Of a stretch of DNA of 64,000 nucleotides, positions 24,201 through 32,921 are shown piece by piece (within the stretch, counting starts at the first letter, position 1; the number at the start of each line of letters is the position of its first letter). The notes under the pieces are model-generated. The model was not told the DNA's origin. It searched no databases and saw nothing but the letters and a program-made list of their open reading frames with translations. The stretch spans positions 1-64,000 of the forward strand of contig CAVVHS010000001.1 of assembly GCA_963748215.1 (NCBI GenBank), read 5' to 3'. The translations under genes and the position numbers were made by a program. The stretch comes from an uncultured Gammaproteobacteria bacterium (GTDB lineage Bacteria > Pseudomonadota > Gammaproteobacteria > UBA9214).

Positions 24201-26096
24201 GAGGATTTCAGCCACATTTACTGGCGCAATCCCCATTTCATCGTGAGTCTACTGAACGCGGTGTCACATCGCAGCCTGCACCGGCGTTTGCACCATGAAC
24301 GTCTGCGCGAGGTCTTTCGCCGCATCGAGACAGATGCCGGAGACAAGCTGTTACCGGTGGTTCAGGTCTCGACCTTCAGCTGTGGCCCGGACAGTGTCAC
24401 CGCGCACTATATCTCCGAGATCATGAAACAGCGGCCATTTCTGCTGATCCAGTCCGACGCCGTCATAAAGGAACTGGCGCATCTCGAAAACCGTGTAAAT
24501 ACCTATGTGAAGCAGCTCGAGCAGGGTTTGCACGGCAAGTTACATGTCGCAGGGCAGGAAGGCACCTTCGAGATGCGCAAGATCGACAGCCTGGCGAGTC
24601 ATGAACCAATCAACCGCGAGACTGATGTGCTGTATTTCCCGACCCTGTCCGACAACCGCACGCTGTGCGCCGTGCTGCGCGGTGCAGGCTATACCTGCAT
24701 CGATAACTATGACGATGCGACCTATGATCTGCAGGAGCTGGTCAAGGCCGGCCGCAAGGTGGCCGGTGATTCAGCCTGCACGCCGCTGGCTAGCATCTAT
24801 GCCGACCTGCTTAGGTCACAGGAAGACTTTGTCCGGCGCAAGCAGGCCGGTGATCCCCTGCTTGCCGGAAAAAAGCGGCTGCTGTTCTATGACAGTCAGG
24901 GCACAGGACCGTGCCGTCAGGGCCAGTACCCGCATGTCCATAAACTGCTGCTTTACCGGTCCGCAACCGGCAGGAAGGCCGCTGACATAGACCATCCGTC
25001 CTGCAATGCGCTGCCCGGCGGAGGCATCTTCCAGTTCCTGATTGCCAAGGAGACCGATGGCTACAATGCCGGGTTCGAGGAGTGGGTGCTGCTGAGAGCC
25101 TACCAGGGCGCGATCCTGCAGGGGGTGCTGCATGGGCTGCTGTTCAAGGGCGCCGCTGTGTGCCGGGATTACGAGGAATACCAGCGTTTCCTCGCCGACT
25201 ACCGGGCGCTCAAGCGCGAGATCAACGGACTGCTGGAGTCCTACCATGGCCCCGGCTCAGCGGGGCGCCGACTGCTCGGGACCATCGGTCTGGACAATCC
25301 CTTCAGCATTCCGTTTAAGTACCTGCTCTATCGTTTGCATGGTCGGGAGTTCGCCAGGCCACTCAGGCGTTTTGCCGATACCTGGATCACGCCGCGACCA
25401 CCGCCCGAAAAACCGCTGAGAATCTTTATCTCCGGTGAGGTCTACATGCGGGTATCCCAGGCCGAGGATATCCTGCGGATGCTGCTTGCCACGCTCGGAT
25501 TCGGGCGTTTCACTCTCGGGCTGACGCCGTTGATGAGTTACCTGGAATACATGCTCGACGAAGCGGAGCTGATCAGCCTGGCTGCCATCGAGGTAGCCGA
25601 ATCCGACGCCCGGCGCAAGGGTCGTTCGGACGGGCAGCATGACCCGGACGCCATCCTGCAGCGGGAAAGACGCATGCTGCACAGTATCAGGCTGAAACGG
25701 TTCATGTTGCGACACATACTGGCGCGCCCTCTGTTCAAGGCGGCGAATCTGAAGATGCCCACGGCCAGCGCCGAGCTGATCGAGATCTCGAAGGAGCTGT
25801 TGCCCACACAACGGCCGGTCGGGGAACTGGCGCCCTACGTAGGTGAAGCACTCCTGGAGTTGCGTGACGGCATCGATGTGGTGCTGAACGTGGGGCCAAA
25901 CGGCTGCATGGTTTCCTCGATGGGCGAAGTGCTGACACCGAGGATCATGCAGGCGAGCGGTGCGAAGTCGGGTCGAATACAGAACCTGTTCTCCGCCGAT
26001 GGCGATGTCAATGAGGAACTGCTGACGCTGGTGACCCTGAAAGCGATGGGGCCGGAGCGGTACTACAACACAAAGTATGCCGTGCAGACCGCATGA
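21279..26096 (+). CDS. Multidomain 2-hydroxyacyl-CoA dehydratase activase (two BcrAD/BadFG domains) fused to DUF2229/dehydratase-like domains
   Basis: LGLDVGSTMAK, IDIGGEDTK, MNLKCSAGTG, CAVF; the first repeat has NPRCGAGSG and RCGVFA. C-terminal FSCGPD, GPCRQGQY, GPNGCM. Confidence 0.85.
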   Translation: MDDTVHNDAQAPPVWNQQHGTADLFIDAGVRHLRLRACGGDGSVLFDDVLPGNRDLRELFAAYRIGERFGDGANARVYITGKLAGTVHDTLGYGKVILPAALFWMAARDLLALPENSGVTTLAMLDLSASGYLLVGIDRSGALKDDLLLLNPRCGAGSGINLDRVLQKLALRREEVDPLLSAYLGEAGRERREGVSVRADRCGVFASSATISDKNQGIPLDIALATTLKSEVLKACRKLPGGYEKVCLTGRIFRWQYARDCAEDWLRANSVQAIAFDTENTQVLESLRTMVQRIGADSLAQPDRRLIAHGEPEEYPSFTELKSRYEANGRYLRMADEPLPPYTPQRLSEHPVILGLDVGSTMAKAVLADAVSGESLFMTAYSNAGDTIETVKQLFRDLRASGVEQLQIRSIGITGSARYQVQQALARIYPVLGERISVLVENYAHARGSIEHARRHVRRLKEQGCTDINEQFCILIDIGGEDTKISTIALEQAELFDNAMNLKCSAGTGSLMDTLSSMFESGSIAEACEQAYLAPRSFAINATCAVFLMENASKLQAQGVPRDQILASANWAIVENMARSLWTQLELPGNAVVLLHGQTMLSEPLPLAVTHRLQTYLGQPAYALVPPNPGHRACIGLIRTLQQASLPGFAYVRLDDFIDTRFQKHVIVCKGAACGDPAARCNRCSLKCHGTDGEKISFTLGGCTAINELLGRKEKHQTPIKPPRDAYKEIWDFIDSQHPRSEDPRRLVIPRSFVVSEWAFFLARIFVQLGIPVHVDTVREKDLTDAQPNLNIDTCAPQIGAVGQYQRLACEAHGMILVPQIETLPTGGKSRGLACTTNQGGVAVAMNLAGMACRAARFHIFHLNLDQLDAGYISAQLHGRLDVLFRFYGITPTADALYTVVEQALEDHQQLRRDAADLAAALAEEALAEGRQVALVVGREYILNPGIYDSHIRRLLRDKHMTVIPSYVLDMDLDEDFSHIYWRNPHFIVSLLNAVSHRSLHRRLHHERLREVFRRIETDAGDKLLPVVQVSTFSCGPDSVTAHYISEIMKQRPFLLIQSDAVIKELAHLENRVNTYVKQLEQGLHGKLHVAGQEGTFEMRKIDSLASHEPINRETDVLYFPTLSDNRTLCAVLRGAGYTCIDNYDDATYDLQELVKAGRKVAGDSACTPLASIYADLLRSQEDFVRRKQAGDPLLAGKKRLLFYDSQGTGPCRQGQYPHVHKLLLYRSATGRKAADIDHPSCNALPGGGIFQFLIAKETDGYNAGFEEWVLLRAYQGAILQGVLHGLLFKGAAVCRDYEEYQRFLADYRALKREINGLLESYHGPGSAGRRLLGTIGLDNPFSIPFKYLLYRLHGREFARPLRRFADTWITPRPPPEKPLRIFISGEVYMRVSQAEDILRMLLATLGFGRFTLGLTPLMSYLEYMLDEAELISLAAIEVAESDARRKGRSDGQHDPDAILQRERRMLHSIRLKRFMLRHILARPLFKAANLKMPTASAELIEISKELLPTQRPVGELAPYVGEALLELRDGIDVVLNVGPNGCMVSSMGEVLTPRIMQASGAKSGRIQNLFSADGDVNEELLTLVTLKAMGPERYYNTKYAVQTA

Positions 26097-26471
26097 CGGC
26101 ACGGCTGACCACGTCGGGCGATTGCCGTTGTACAAGTACCGATCGGGATTGGGACCGTAAATCTCCAGTATCGTCCGGATACCCGTCTGTTATGCCGCAA
26201 TCCCGCCTCGGTGGGGGGGATTGCCTGGGCAAGATGAAGCATTTCGAAAGCGCAAACTGACGGTTTTATCTGCTGGAAATACCGCAGCGTGACGGGCATC
26301 CATGACTATCTCCGGCCACGTTCCTGGGGGGCGAAGCAGGCGTTCCAGGCCCTGAAAACAATCGTTATCAGGAGCAGTGCCGTGTGATCTCAATGAGTTA
26401 TTAAGGTCCGACCCTGAGGTCACTTGATTCCGAGAAGTTAGTCACGCCAGTAGCTGGCAGCGGCCCGGCAG

Positions 26472-27839
26472 TTATTCCGTCCCGGTGCGTTCGTCAGTTT
26501 GGATATTCCATGCAGTTATCTCGATGCCAAGTTGCGTAACTCTGGAATTGATATCCTCAAGCACACCGTCAAGGAGAGTAGTGCGATGAGGTTCCTTGTC
26601 AACGCCGAGTTCCACAGTGCCGGTACTGAGCAGGCTTTGTATATCGTCCTGACCCAGCTTCGCAACCCGGTATCGCAGGATCTCATTTACCAGTTCATCA
26701 ACCTTCATGTCGACGAGCTGTGATTGACCAGCTGTCGTTCGTGCATAGATATCCGTATCCACCACTCGCCATTGGGTGTCGTACTTCAAGGACAGCATAT
26801 CCTTGGTCAGGGTAAGGAAACGGCCCGCTCCTCCAGTACGGAACACGTCCTGTGTTTCAAGCGGTTGCGCGTCCTCGATCAGGGGTATCTTGAGCCGGAT
26901 ACCCGGCTCTGACTCGATGCGTACTGGCTTGCCGTATCTGGATATCAGGATTCTCTCTCCGGGTCCCACCTGGTATATCGCATTCCATACTGCGACACAG
27001 CCGAGGCCTACCAGCACTACCAAAGCCGCGGGCCACAGCCGGCGGGCGTTGAGGCCAGGCCGGCGGGCCATCGTGATGCGGTTTACGGCCGGTAGTTGCT
27101 GGTCCGACAGGGACCGGTACGACAGGGCAAGTATCGACAACAGCACCAGCACGAAATAGGTATTCAGCACATCGGCGACGATCTCAATCCATAGGGAGCT
27201 GGTGTCTTCTTCAAAGGCGAGGTACAGGATGCCGTTCAGTAAACCGGGAATGAATATCAGCAGTGAGAGGAGTCGCAGCCCGTTGCCCCGGGACAGGCGC
27301 CAGATGCGCCCGGTAGCGATATCGTGCCCCACTGCTACGGCTGGAAGCATGAGGGCGAAACGCACCACCGGATATGCCGCAATGACAACCACCAGGATCC
27401 ACAGTATGACCGTTCCAGTGGCAAGCCAGGGACTCGGGCTGGTGATAGCCAGCAGAAAAAAGGATATCGCCGGCAATACCATGTACAGCAGGATTGCCAT
27501 GAGCGAGGCCATCAGGAGACTCACGATCACAAGAGCCAGGAGATAGAGTCCATAGCGCTGCCAGGGGGTTGGCTCGGACTCGCAAGCCGTGGCACCCAGC
27601 AGCAGATGACGTTGAAAGTCCGCAGCACACCAGGCGATCGCAGCCCATGCAGGCAGCAGGGTCAGTGATACCGCCGTCCCGTCCCACTGAAAATAGTTGC
27701 CCGCAAGCGGGAACAGGCAGGAGATGACCAGTGCGAGCAGGGGTCTCGCAAGCGCTTTCCAGGATGCCGCCTCGAGGACGAATGGCGCGAAAAGGGCATC
27801 TCCGAGAATCTTCCAGCTGGCTAGTTTACGGGTCGGCAT
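26472..27839 (-). CDS. Polytopic membrane protein fused to an SPFH/HflC-like domain
   Basis: About 7 TM helices with RFALMLPAVA...WRLSRGN.LRL; C-terminal IYQVGPGERILISRYGKPVRIESEPGIRLKIPLIE resembles the HflC N-terminus. Confidence 0.7.
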   Translation of the reverse strand: MPTRKLASWKILGDALFAPFVLEAASWKALARPLLALVISCLFPLAGNYFQWDGTAVSLTLLPAWAAIAWCAADFQRHLLLGATACESEPTPWQRYGLYLLALVIVSLLMASLMAILLYMVLPAISFFLLAITSPSPWLATGTVILWILVVVIAAYPVVRFALMLPAVAVGHDIATGRIWRLSRGNGLRLLSLLIFIPGLLNGILYLAFEEDTSSLWIEIVADVLNTYFVLVLLSILALSYRSLSDQQLPAVNRITMARRPGLNARRLWPAALVVLVGLGCVAVWNAIYQVGPGERILISRYGKPVRIESEPGIRLKIPLIEDAQPLETQDVFRTGGAGRFLTLTKDMLSLKYDTQWRVVDTDIYARTTAGQSQLVDMKVDELVNEILRYRVAKLGQDDIQSLLSTGTVELGVDKEPHRTTLLDGVLEDINSRVTQLGIEITAWNIQTDERTGTE

Positions 27840-28503
27840 GATTGTTCGCTCCCCTGGTCAAGCAGACGCAATCGGGCAAGGTTTTGATGAAATCCATGGC
27901 GCGCAGGCAACAGCAATACGGACCGCAGGTATTTTCCCCATCATTGCCTGCCGGAGACTGATTGGCAGACCCGCGGCTCCGGGCCAGACCGTCTGGTCAA
28001 CGCTAATCACTATCCATCGGAACAATCCGGAATTACTACACAAATGCGCATCATATTGCCGTGGCCACCGAATAAGGGGCCGGATACATTTTCTGACCAT
28101 CCTCTAGGAAGCTGGTAATAAGCAACCAATACGGTGGTGTCTGAGCCGCCTTTTTTCATTGTTGGTGTGGCTCCGTAGTTGCTGCACATCTGAGACCTTC
28201 ACGAGTAAATCGGGAATGATCGGTTCTGGCCGATCCTGGCCCTGCACGAGACGCTTATATAAGATTTCGCTAACCAGCAGAAGTCGACTGCCCAAAGGCG
28301 ACATTCCCCATATTCCTGTGTATGTCTCGAGCGTACTGAAGTCAGAAGTTCAGTAACCGGATACGGATCGACAATCTTCGACCCAAAGCAGAAGTTTAGC
28401 GTTTGGTAAAATACCACGTACGGGTATAGTTTTTGACTAATCGGTTACAATGACAAAAGAAGACTGGTAATAATAACAATTAAGGAGTTTCGGATATTAT
28501 CCC

Positions 28504-29125
28504 ATGAATAAATCACAACTGATTGGTGCACTTATTGCCACTGTCTTATCCTTAATCTCATTGTCAAGCCATGCGGCACTGATATCCAGGCTGGGCGGCC
28601 AAGCCGCCTACGACGATGTGTTGGGTATAACCTGGACAAACAATGCCGATATTGCCGGCCAAATGTCTTGGGATGATGCGAATACGTGGGCCAGCAACTT
28701 CGTTCTTGGGGGGGCAGGTTGGCGTCTTCCCGGCGCCGATGTAAATGGTGATGAACTCGTGATTATCTGTGATGCTTTTACCGAGTCGGAATGTCGAGAT
28801 AATGAATTGGATTATATATAAATATTATCTGAATTTCGGACTTACTGCCGGGTTTGACCGCACAGGTAACCAGACAGTTGGCTCCATAACACTGAACAAT
28901 ATCCCAGCGTTTCCGTGGTCAGCAACCGAATATGCACCTGATACAAGGCATGCCTGGTCATTCAGATTCGAGAATGGTGTTGTGACGACATTTTTTGATA
29001 AAGGTGTTCTGCTCTCTGCATGGGCTGTACATGATGGCGACATATTTCAAGTAGTGCCAATACCTGGATCTCTTTATTTGTTTGGTACTGGCCTGCTGTG
29101 GTTAATCGGGATAGCTAGACGCTAA
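28504..29125 (+). pseudogene. VPLPA/PEP-CTERM surface protein with DUF1566-like domain, split by a +1 frameshift near 28812-28822
   Basis: AGGAG RBS-like sequence upstream; signal peptide, YDDVLGITW..NA, GWRLP in ORF1; WSATEY..AW.F, AWAVHDGD and VPIPGSLYLFGTGLLWLIGIARR in ORF2. Low GC. Confidence 0.8.
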
Positions 29126-29185
29126 ACTATGAAACACAGGCAGTACGTTTTAATGCATGTGTTGCGTCGATCGGTTGAGCTCATA
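29119..29185 (+). mobile_element. IS30-family remnant (transposase C-terminus plus right end)
   Basis: Translates as TLNYETQAVRFNACVASIG*, matching the IS30-family tail TL.yeTPAerF..cVA..g*. End sequence TGTTGCGTCGATCGGTTGAGCTCA. Confidence 0.75.
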
Positions 29186-29356
29186 GCCGATTTAGGAAAT
29201 TTAAAAAGCTATTTCCTAACTATTGTTCAGGCAGCTGGGCGCGACACAATTTGCATTTCCAATCGGTATCCACTGATACGCGCCGCATAAGTAATTCTGA
29301 TAAATAAATACTATTCGTATAGTCTATTACGAAATTGGAAGCGGCCAGGGGGTTAC

Positions 29357-29701
29357 ATGAGAATAATTTACATGATTATGGCAATAGTCGTGGTGAGTCA
29401 ACCGGTGTGCGCGAATGAGGTAAGCAAACAACTTGAATCAATGTCTTCTTCAGAAAGAGCTAACGCGCTGGCTGGTTTTTTGCAACAAAGTGGTCGAGAT
29501 TGCAGCAATGTCTTTCGCATCTTTCTGCAGGGCCATGATAGCGAAGATGTCGCGTACTGGAATGTTACGTGTAGTAATGGGCAGTCTTATAATATCCTGG
29601 TTAACGCAAATCCAGAGGCCAATACTGTAATCGTGGATTGTATCAATATGAAAGCTCTTGCAGGAATAGAGTGCTTCCAGAGATTTACAACAGCCAACTA
29701 A
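29357..29701 (+). CDS. Small secreted hypothetical protein with conserved-looking cysteines
   Basis: 114-aa ORF with signal peptide, GGGGG RBS-like sequence, YWNVTCSNGQSY; low GC. Confidence 0.7.
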   Translation: MRIIYMIMAIVVVSQPVCANEVSKQLESMSSSERANALAGFLQQSGRDCSNVFRIFLQGHDSEDVAYWNVTCSNGQSYNILVNANPEANTVIVDCINMKALAGIECFQRFTTAN

Positions 29702-29863
29702 CGCGAGAGATTCGATTCTGTGCCATGTACTCATCAACGACGTAATACGATCAAATGGAAGTACCCTGTAATCGCCTGGTCGCAACTCCATGGCCACGGG
29801 GCTTTCTGTACATGGGGTATGGGGAACGGCAAATTATGGCCGAACTCGGAAGCTCCTGGGAAA

Positions 29864-29888
29864 ATACCCGAGTAATTTAGTCAGGTGA
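29864..29888. promoter_or_regulatory. IscR type-1 / Rrf2-like operator
   Basis: ATACCCGAGTAATTTAGTCAGGTGA matches the recalled consensus ATASYYGACTRWWWYAGTCRRSTAT at 22/25 by manual count. Confidence 0.6.
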
Positions 29889-30082
29889 CCGGCAACGACC
29901 CATTACTGCCGGACAGAGCTGATTCGTTGAATGGCGGAGCTATACTGCAAAGCGGACCTCGCCGGACGGGGGCTGATTCGGTCCTGACAGGGACGACGGC
30001 AATTGCGCGTGACATCTCAGCCCGGGTTCAATTACCATAATCTGCTTACGAATCAATAACGTATTTTTCGAGGGGTCGCCCC

Positions 30083-30568
30083 GTGAGTTCCACGAAATTC
30101 AGTGCCGTTACCAGCATCCTGCTTGGCGTAGCAGCGATCATCCTGCCTTACCTTTTCGGGACCCTTGCGGTGATGATGCTCGGCGGCGTGATGTTGTTCA
30201 GCGGCATCGTGGCGGTGCTCTACGCCAATGCCGCACGTAAGGAGGGAATTCGCGTCAGTGTTTTCGCCCCGTGGGTACAAGTGATCGCCGGCGTGGTTAT
30301 CCTGATCTGGCCGGGACTGGCCTTATGGATGGTGGCCATCATTCTTGGAGGTGGTCTTATCCTCGGCGGCATCGCCGGCCTGACGGACCTGCGCGACGCA
30401 GGGTTGGTCAACCCTCCCGTGTATCGCAAGATCGAACTATGGTCGAGCATCGTACTTGGCGCACTGCTAATCGTTTTGGGAGGCGCAGGCTCCGCCATTC
30501 TGCTCGGGGTGGTCCTCGGCATCGCCTTGATCAGTACCGGCCTTCAACAGTGGCGCCTGGCTGCTTAG
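30083..30568 (+). CDS. HdeD/DUF308-like membrane protein
   Basis: Repeated Gly-rich short TM hairpins (LLGVAAIILP, IAGVVILIWP); GAGGGG RBS. Confidence 0.7.
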   Translation: MSSTKFSAVTSILLGVAAIILPYLFGTLAVMMLGGVMLFSGIVAVLYANAARKEGIRVSVFAPWVQVIAGVVILIWPGLALWMVAIILGGGLILGGIAGLTDLRDAGLVNPPVYRKIELWSSIVLGALLIVLGGAGSAILLGVVLGIALISTGLQQWRLAA

Positions 30569-30715
30569 CCCGCATTTCTCGCCGGGATAGGCGCCGCCCG
30601 ATGACACACCGTTTGTTACTGAATGGGCATCACTTTCATGATTTCAATTCTTTATGTCCGTCAACAGCCGCCCGGTGAGAAATGCGGGCTAGGTGCTTGA
30701 CCAGAGGAATTCGCC

Positions 30716-31042
30716 ATGGAAAAGCAATTATTGCGGTTGCGTGTATTCGCGGCAGGCATGCTGCTGATTGTGGTTTCAGCCACACAGGCAGATGAAATCT
30801 GCTCGGATCAAATCGAATTTGAAAAAAACGGTTGGCAGCTGAGACCGGTGCAGCAGGCGATGGATATTTATCTGCGGGATCATCGCATGCGAGTGAACTG
30901 GCTGAAAGAACCCCGGCCACCCAGTGCGGTGGGCAGGGATTATTATGAATGGCTCTGGATCGATGAATTCGGTGCAAGGATGAAAGCTGAACTGGTACAG
31001 CGTTACTGCGCCGGCGCGGCGGATTCCGGCGCCAGGGAATAG
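30716..31042 (+). CDS. Small secreted hypothetical protein
   Basis: GAGGAA RBS; signal peptide ending ATQA; 108 aa with two cysteines. Confidence 0.65.
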   Translation: MEKQLLRLRVFAAGMLLIVVSATQADEICSDQIEFEKNGWQLRPVQQAMDIYLRDHRMRVNWLKEPRPPSAVGRDYYEWLWIDEFGARMKAELVQRYCAGAADSGARE

Positions 31043-31079
31043 TGTCAGAAACAGCCTTCCGCCATCGTGTTGGCTGCAG

Positions 31080-31325
31080 TTACTCGCTGCCGGGATTGCA
31101 TTGACTGCATGGCAGTTCGGTTCCGGTCTGCCGGGCCTGATCGGGATAGCAAGACGAAAGATTGCTGCATATGCGGCCGTCCGCTGTGGGTGCCGGCATG
31201 TCATCGGCAAACGGCTCGACGCCGGGCAGGGGTCCCTGGGTGAAGCTGATGGCCAGCGGCATGTTCTGCAGCCAAAGCGCGTTGACCAGGTCCTCGGCGA
31301 TTTTCCGGTTGTCCTGTTGTGACAT
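31080..31325 (-). pseudogene. Probable truncated DUF169-family gene
   Basis: CAGGAG RBS; LVNALWLQNMPLAISF...PGVEPF...PTADGR resembles the DUF169 N-terminus, after which similarity is lost. Confidence 0.45.
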
Positions 31326-31358
31326 GCTGCACTCCTGTTTGTTAACTATTGATGAATG

Positions 31359-31431
31359 GCCACGGGAGCACACGGAATGACACGGAATGAATTTATGCGC
31401 GTTTCCGTGTCGTTCCGTGTGCTCCCGTGGC
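31359..31431. repeat. CACGGAA-type long palindrome
   Basis: GCCACGGGAGCACACGGAATGACACGGAA / TTCCGTGTCGTTCCGTGTGCTCCCGTGGC; 28/29 complementary, 15-nt spacer. Confidence 0.9.
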
Positions 31432-31507
31432 TATACATTTGTTGTACGATGCAAAAACGCGGCACTGAATCCGGTTTTCTCTGTAATTGTCCGTACCGGA
31501 GTTTCGG

Positions 31508-32215
31508 TCATTGTTCCAGCAACGGCTGCAGCCAGCGCTCATACAGTACATCCGCCACCTGCTGCGCGCCACGGATGCGGGCATCGATATCGTCTGTCAT
31601 CTGCGCCGCGCTCTGCACCGTGGGGCCGGGCGCATCGAGTTCGTGTCGATACCGCTGCGCCCATTCGCCGACCATGGGTGCAAGCATTTCGACATGGCAC
31701 TGCAGGGCCAGTGTGTTGCCGATGACGAATGCCTGGTGACTGCAATGCTCGCTTTCGAGTATGCACTCGGCACCCGCCGGTATGGAGAAGGTTTCGCCAT
31801 GCCAGTGAAACAGGATGGCCTCGTCCGGTACACCCTGCAGCCAGCGCTGTGCCGTGGCGTTCGCGCGGCGGCGCACCGGGTGCCAGCCGATTTCCTTCAC
31901 CGGGTTGCGGGTGACTGCTCCACCCAGTGCCTTGCTGATAAGCTGGCCGCCGAGGCAGTGACCCAGCACTGGCAGATCAATCGCCTGCGCCTGGCGGATC
32001 AGGGCAAATTCCCTGTCAATCCAGGGCAGGGAGTCGTTGACGCTCATCGAGCCGCCCATGAATACCAGCCCGGAACAGTGCGCGAGCGATTCAGGTACGC
32101 TGTCACCGGCATCGATGGCGATCAGCTGCCAGGGAACATCATGCCGTTCGAGCACCTCGGCCAGGTAACCGGGGCCTTCACAGTCGATATGGCGGAAGAT
32201 GTACAGGGGTTTCAT
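31508..32215 (-). CDS. Class I glutamine amidotransferase-like protein
   Basis: H...EGPG, VFMGGSMSVND, LGHCLGGQL, FHWHGETF, LQCHVE. Confidence 0.92.
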   Translation of the reverse strand: MKPLYIFRHIDCEGPGYLAEVLERHDVPWQLIAIDAGDSVPESLAHCSGLVFMGGSMSVNDSLPWIDREFALIRQAQAIDLPVLGHCLGGQLISKALGGAVTRNPVKEIGWHPVRRRANATAQRWLQGVPDEAILFHWHGETFSIPAGAECILESEHCSHQAFVIGNTLALQCHVEMLAPMVGEWAQRYRHELDAPGPTVQSAAQMTDDIDARIRGAQQVADVLYERWLQPLLEQ

Positions 32216-32246
32216 AATCGGTCGATGTATTTCGCAGATGGACGCG

Positions 32247-32903
32247 ATGAAGAATTCCACAATTATACGCATGCTCCTGCTGTCCGCGCTGCTGTTGTCG
32301 GTGCCTGAAATACGGGCGGCGCCGGACGTGCGCGTGGTCGGCCTGTTCAGCGGACGGGCCGTGGTTCAGATCGACGGCCGGCAGGCCGTGCTGCGGATCG
32401 GCGAAACCGGGCCGCAGGGTGTCCTGCTGCTGTCCGCAGACAGCGAGTCGGCGCTGCTGGAAATCGACGGAGAACAGATCGAGGCGCGTATGGATGGCCG
32501 GGTCACCGCACGCAAGCGTGAGGCAGCGGTTCAGGAATTCAATGTCTGGCGCAACACCAGCGGCATGTATACCACGGTGGGCAGCATCAATGGCCTGCCC
32601 GTGTCGTTCCTGGTCGACACCGGTGCCACGCAGGTGGCGCTGAATTCGGCCCAGGCGCGGCGGCTGGGTATCGATTACCGCGTAACCGGCACCGAGGCTG
32701 CGGTTACCACGGCCTCGGGTGTGGAGCCTGCATGGATGGTGACGCTGGGCAGCGTCAAGGTCGGCGAGCTGGAAGTGCGCAATGTCGGTGCAGTCATCAT
32801 CGAGGGGCCGCAGCCTGAAACTGCGCTGCTGGGGATGAGTTACCTGGGCCGTTTCGAGATCACCAACAGCGGGCAGCTGATGACACTCAGGAAAAAATAC
32901 TGA
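32247..32903 (+). CDS. Clan AA (retropepsin-like) aspartic protease, TIGR02281 type
   Basis: Signal peptide; FLVDTGAT; LLGMSYL. Start uncertain. Confidence 0.9.
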   Translation: MKNSTIIRMLLLSALLLSVPEIRAAPDVRVVGLFSGRAVVQIDGRQAVLRIGETGPQGVLLLSADSESALLEIDGEQIEARMDGRVTARKREAAVQEFNVWRNTSGMYTTVGSINGLPVSFLVDTGATQVALNSAQARRLGIDYRVTGTEAAVTTASGVEPAWMVTLGSVKVGELEVRNVGAVIIEGPQPETALLGMSYLGRFEITNSGQLMTLRKKY

Positions 32904-32921
32904 GCAACCGCGCGGCGCGGT

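Noticed and set aside
26150-26470. Integron attC sites (GTTATGC at ~26189 and other GTT cores)
   Set aside because: No matching inverse core or L-box pairing found by eye, and no integron integrase in the window.
31359-31431. CRISPR array from the CACGGAA repeats
   Set aside because: Units are about 10 nt, arranged as inverted arms with no unique spacers, and no cas genes are present.
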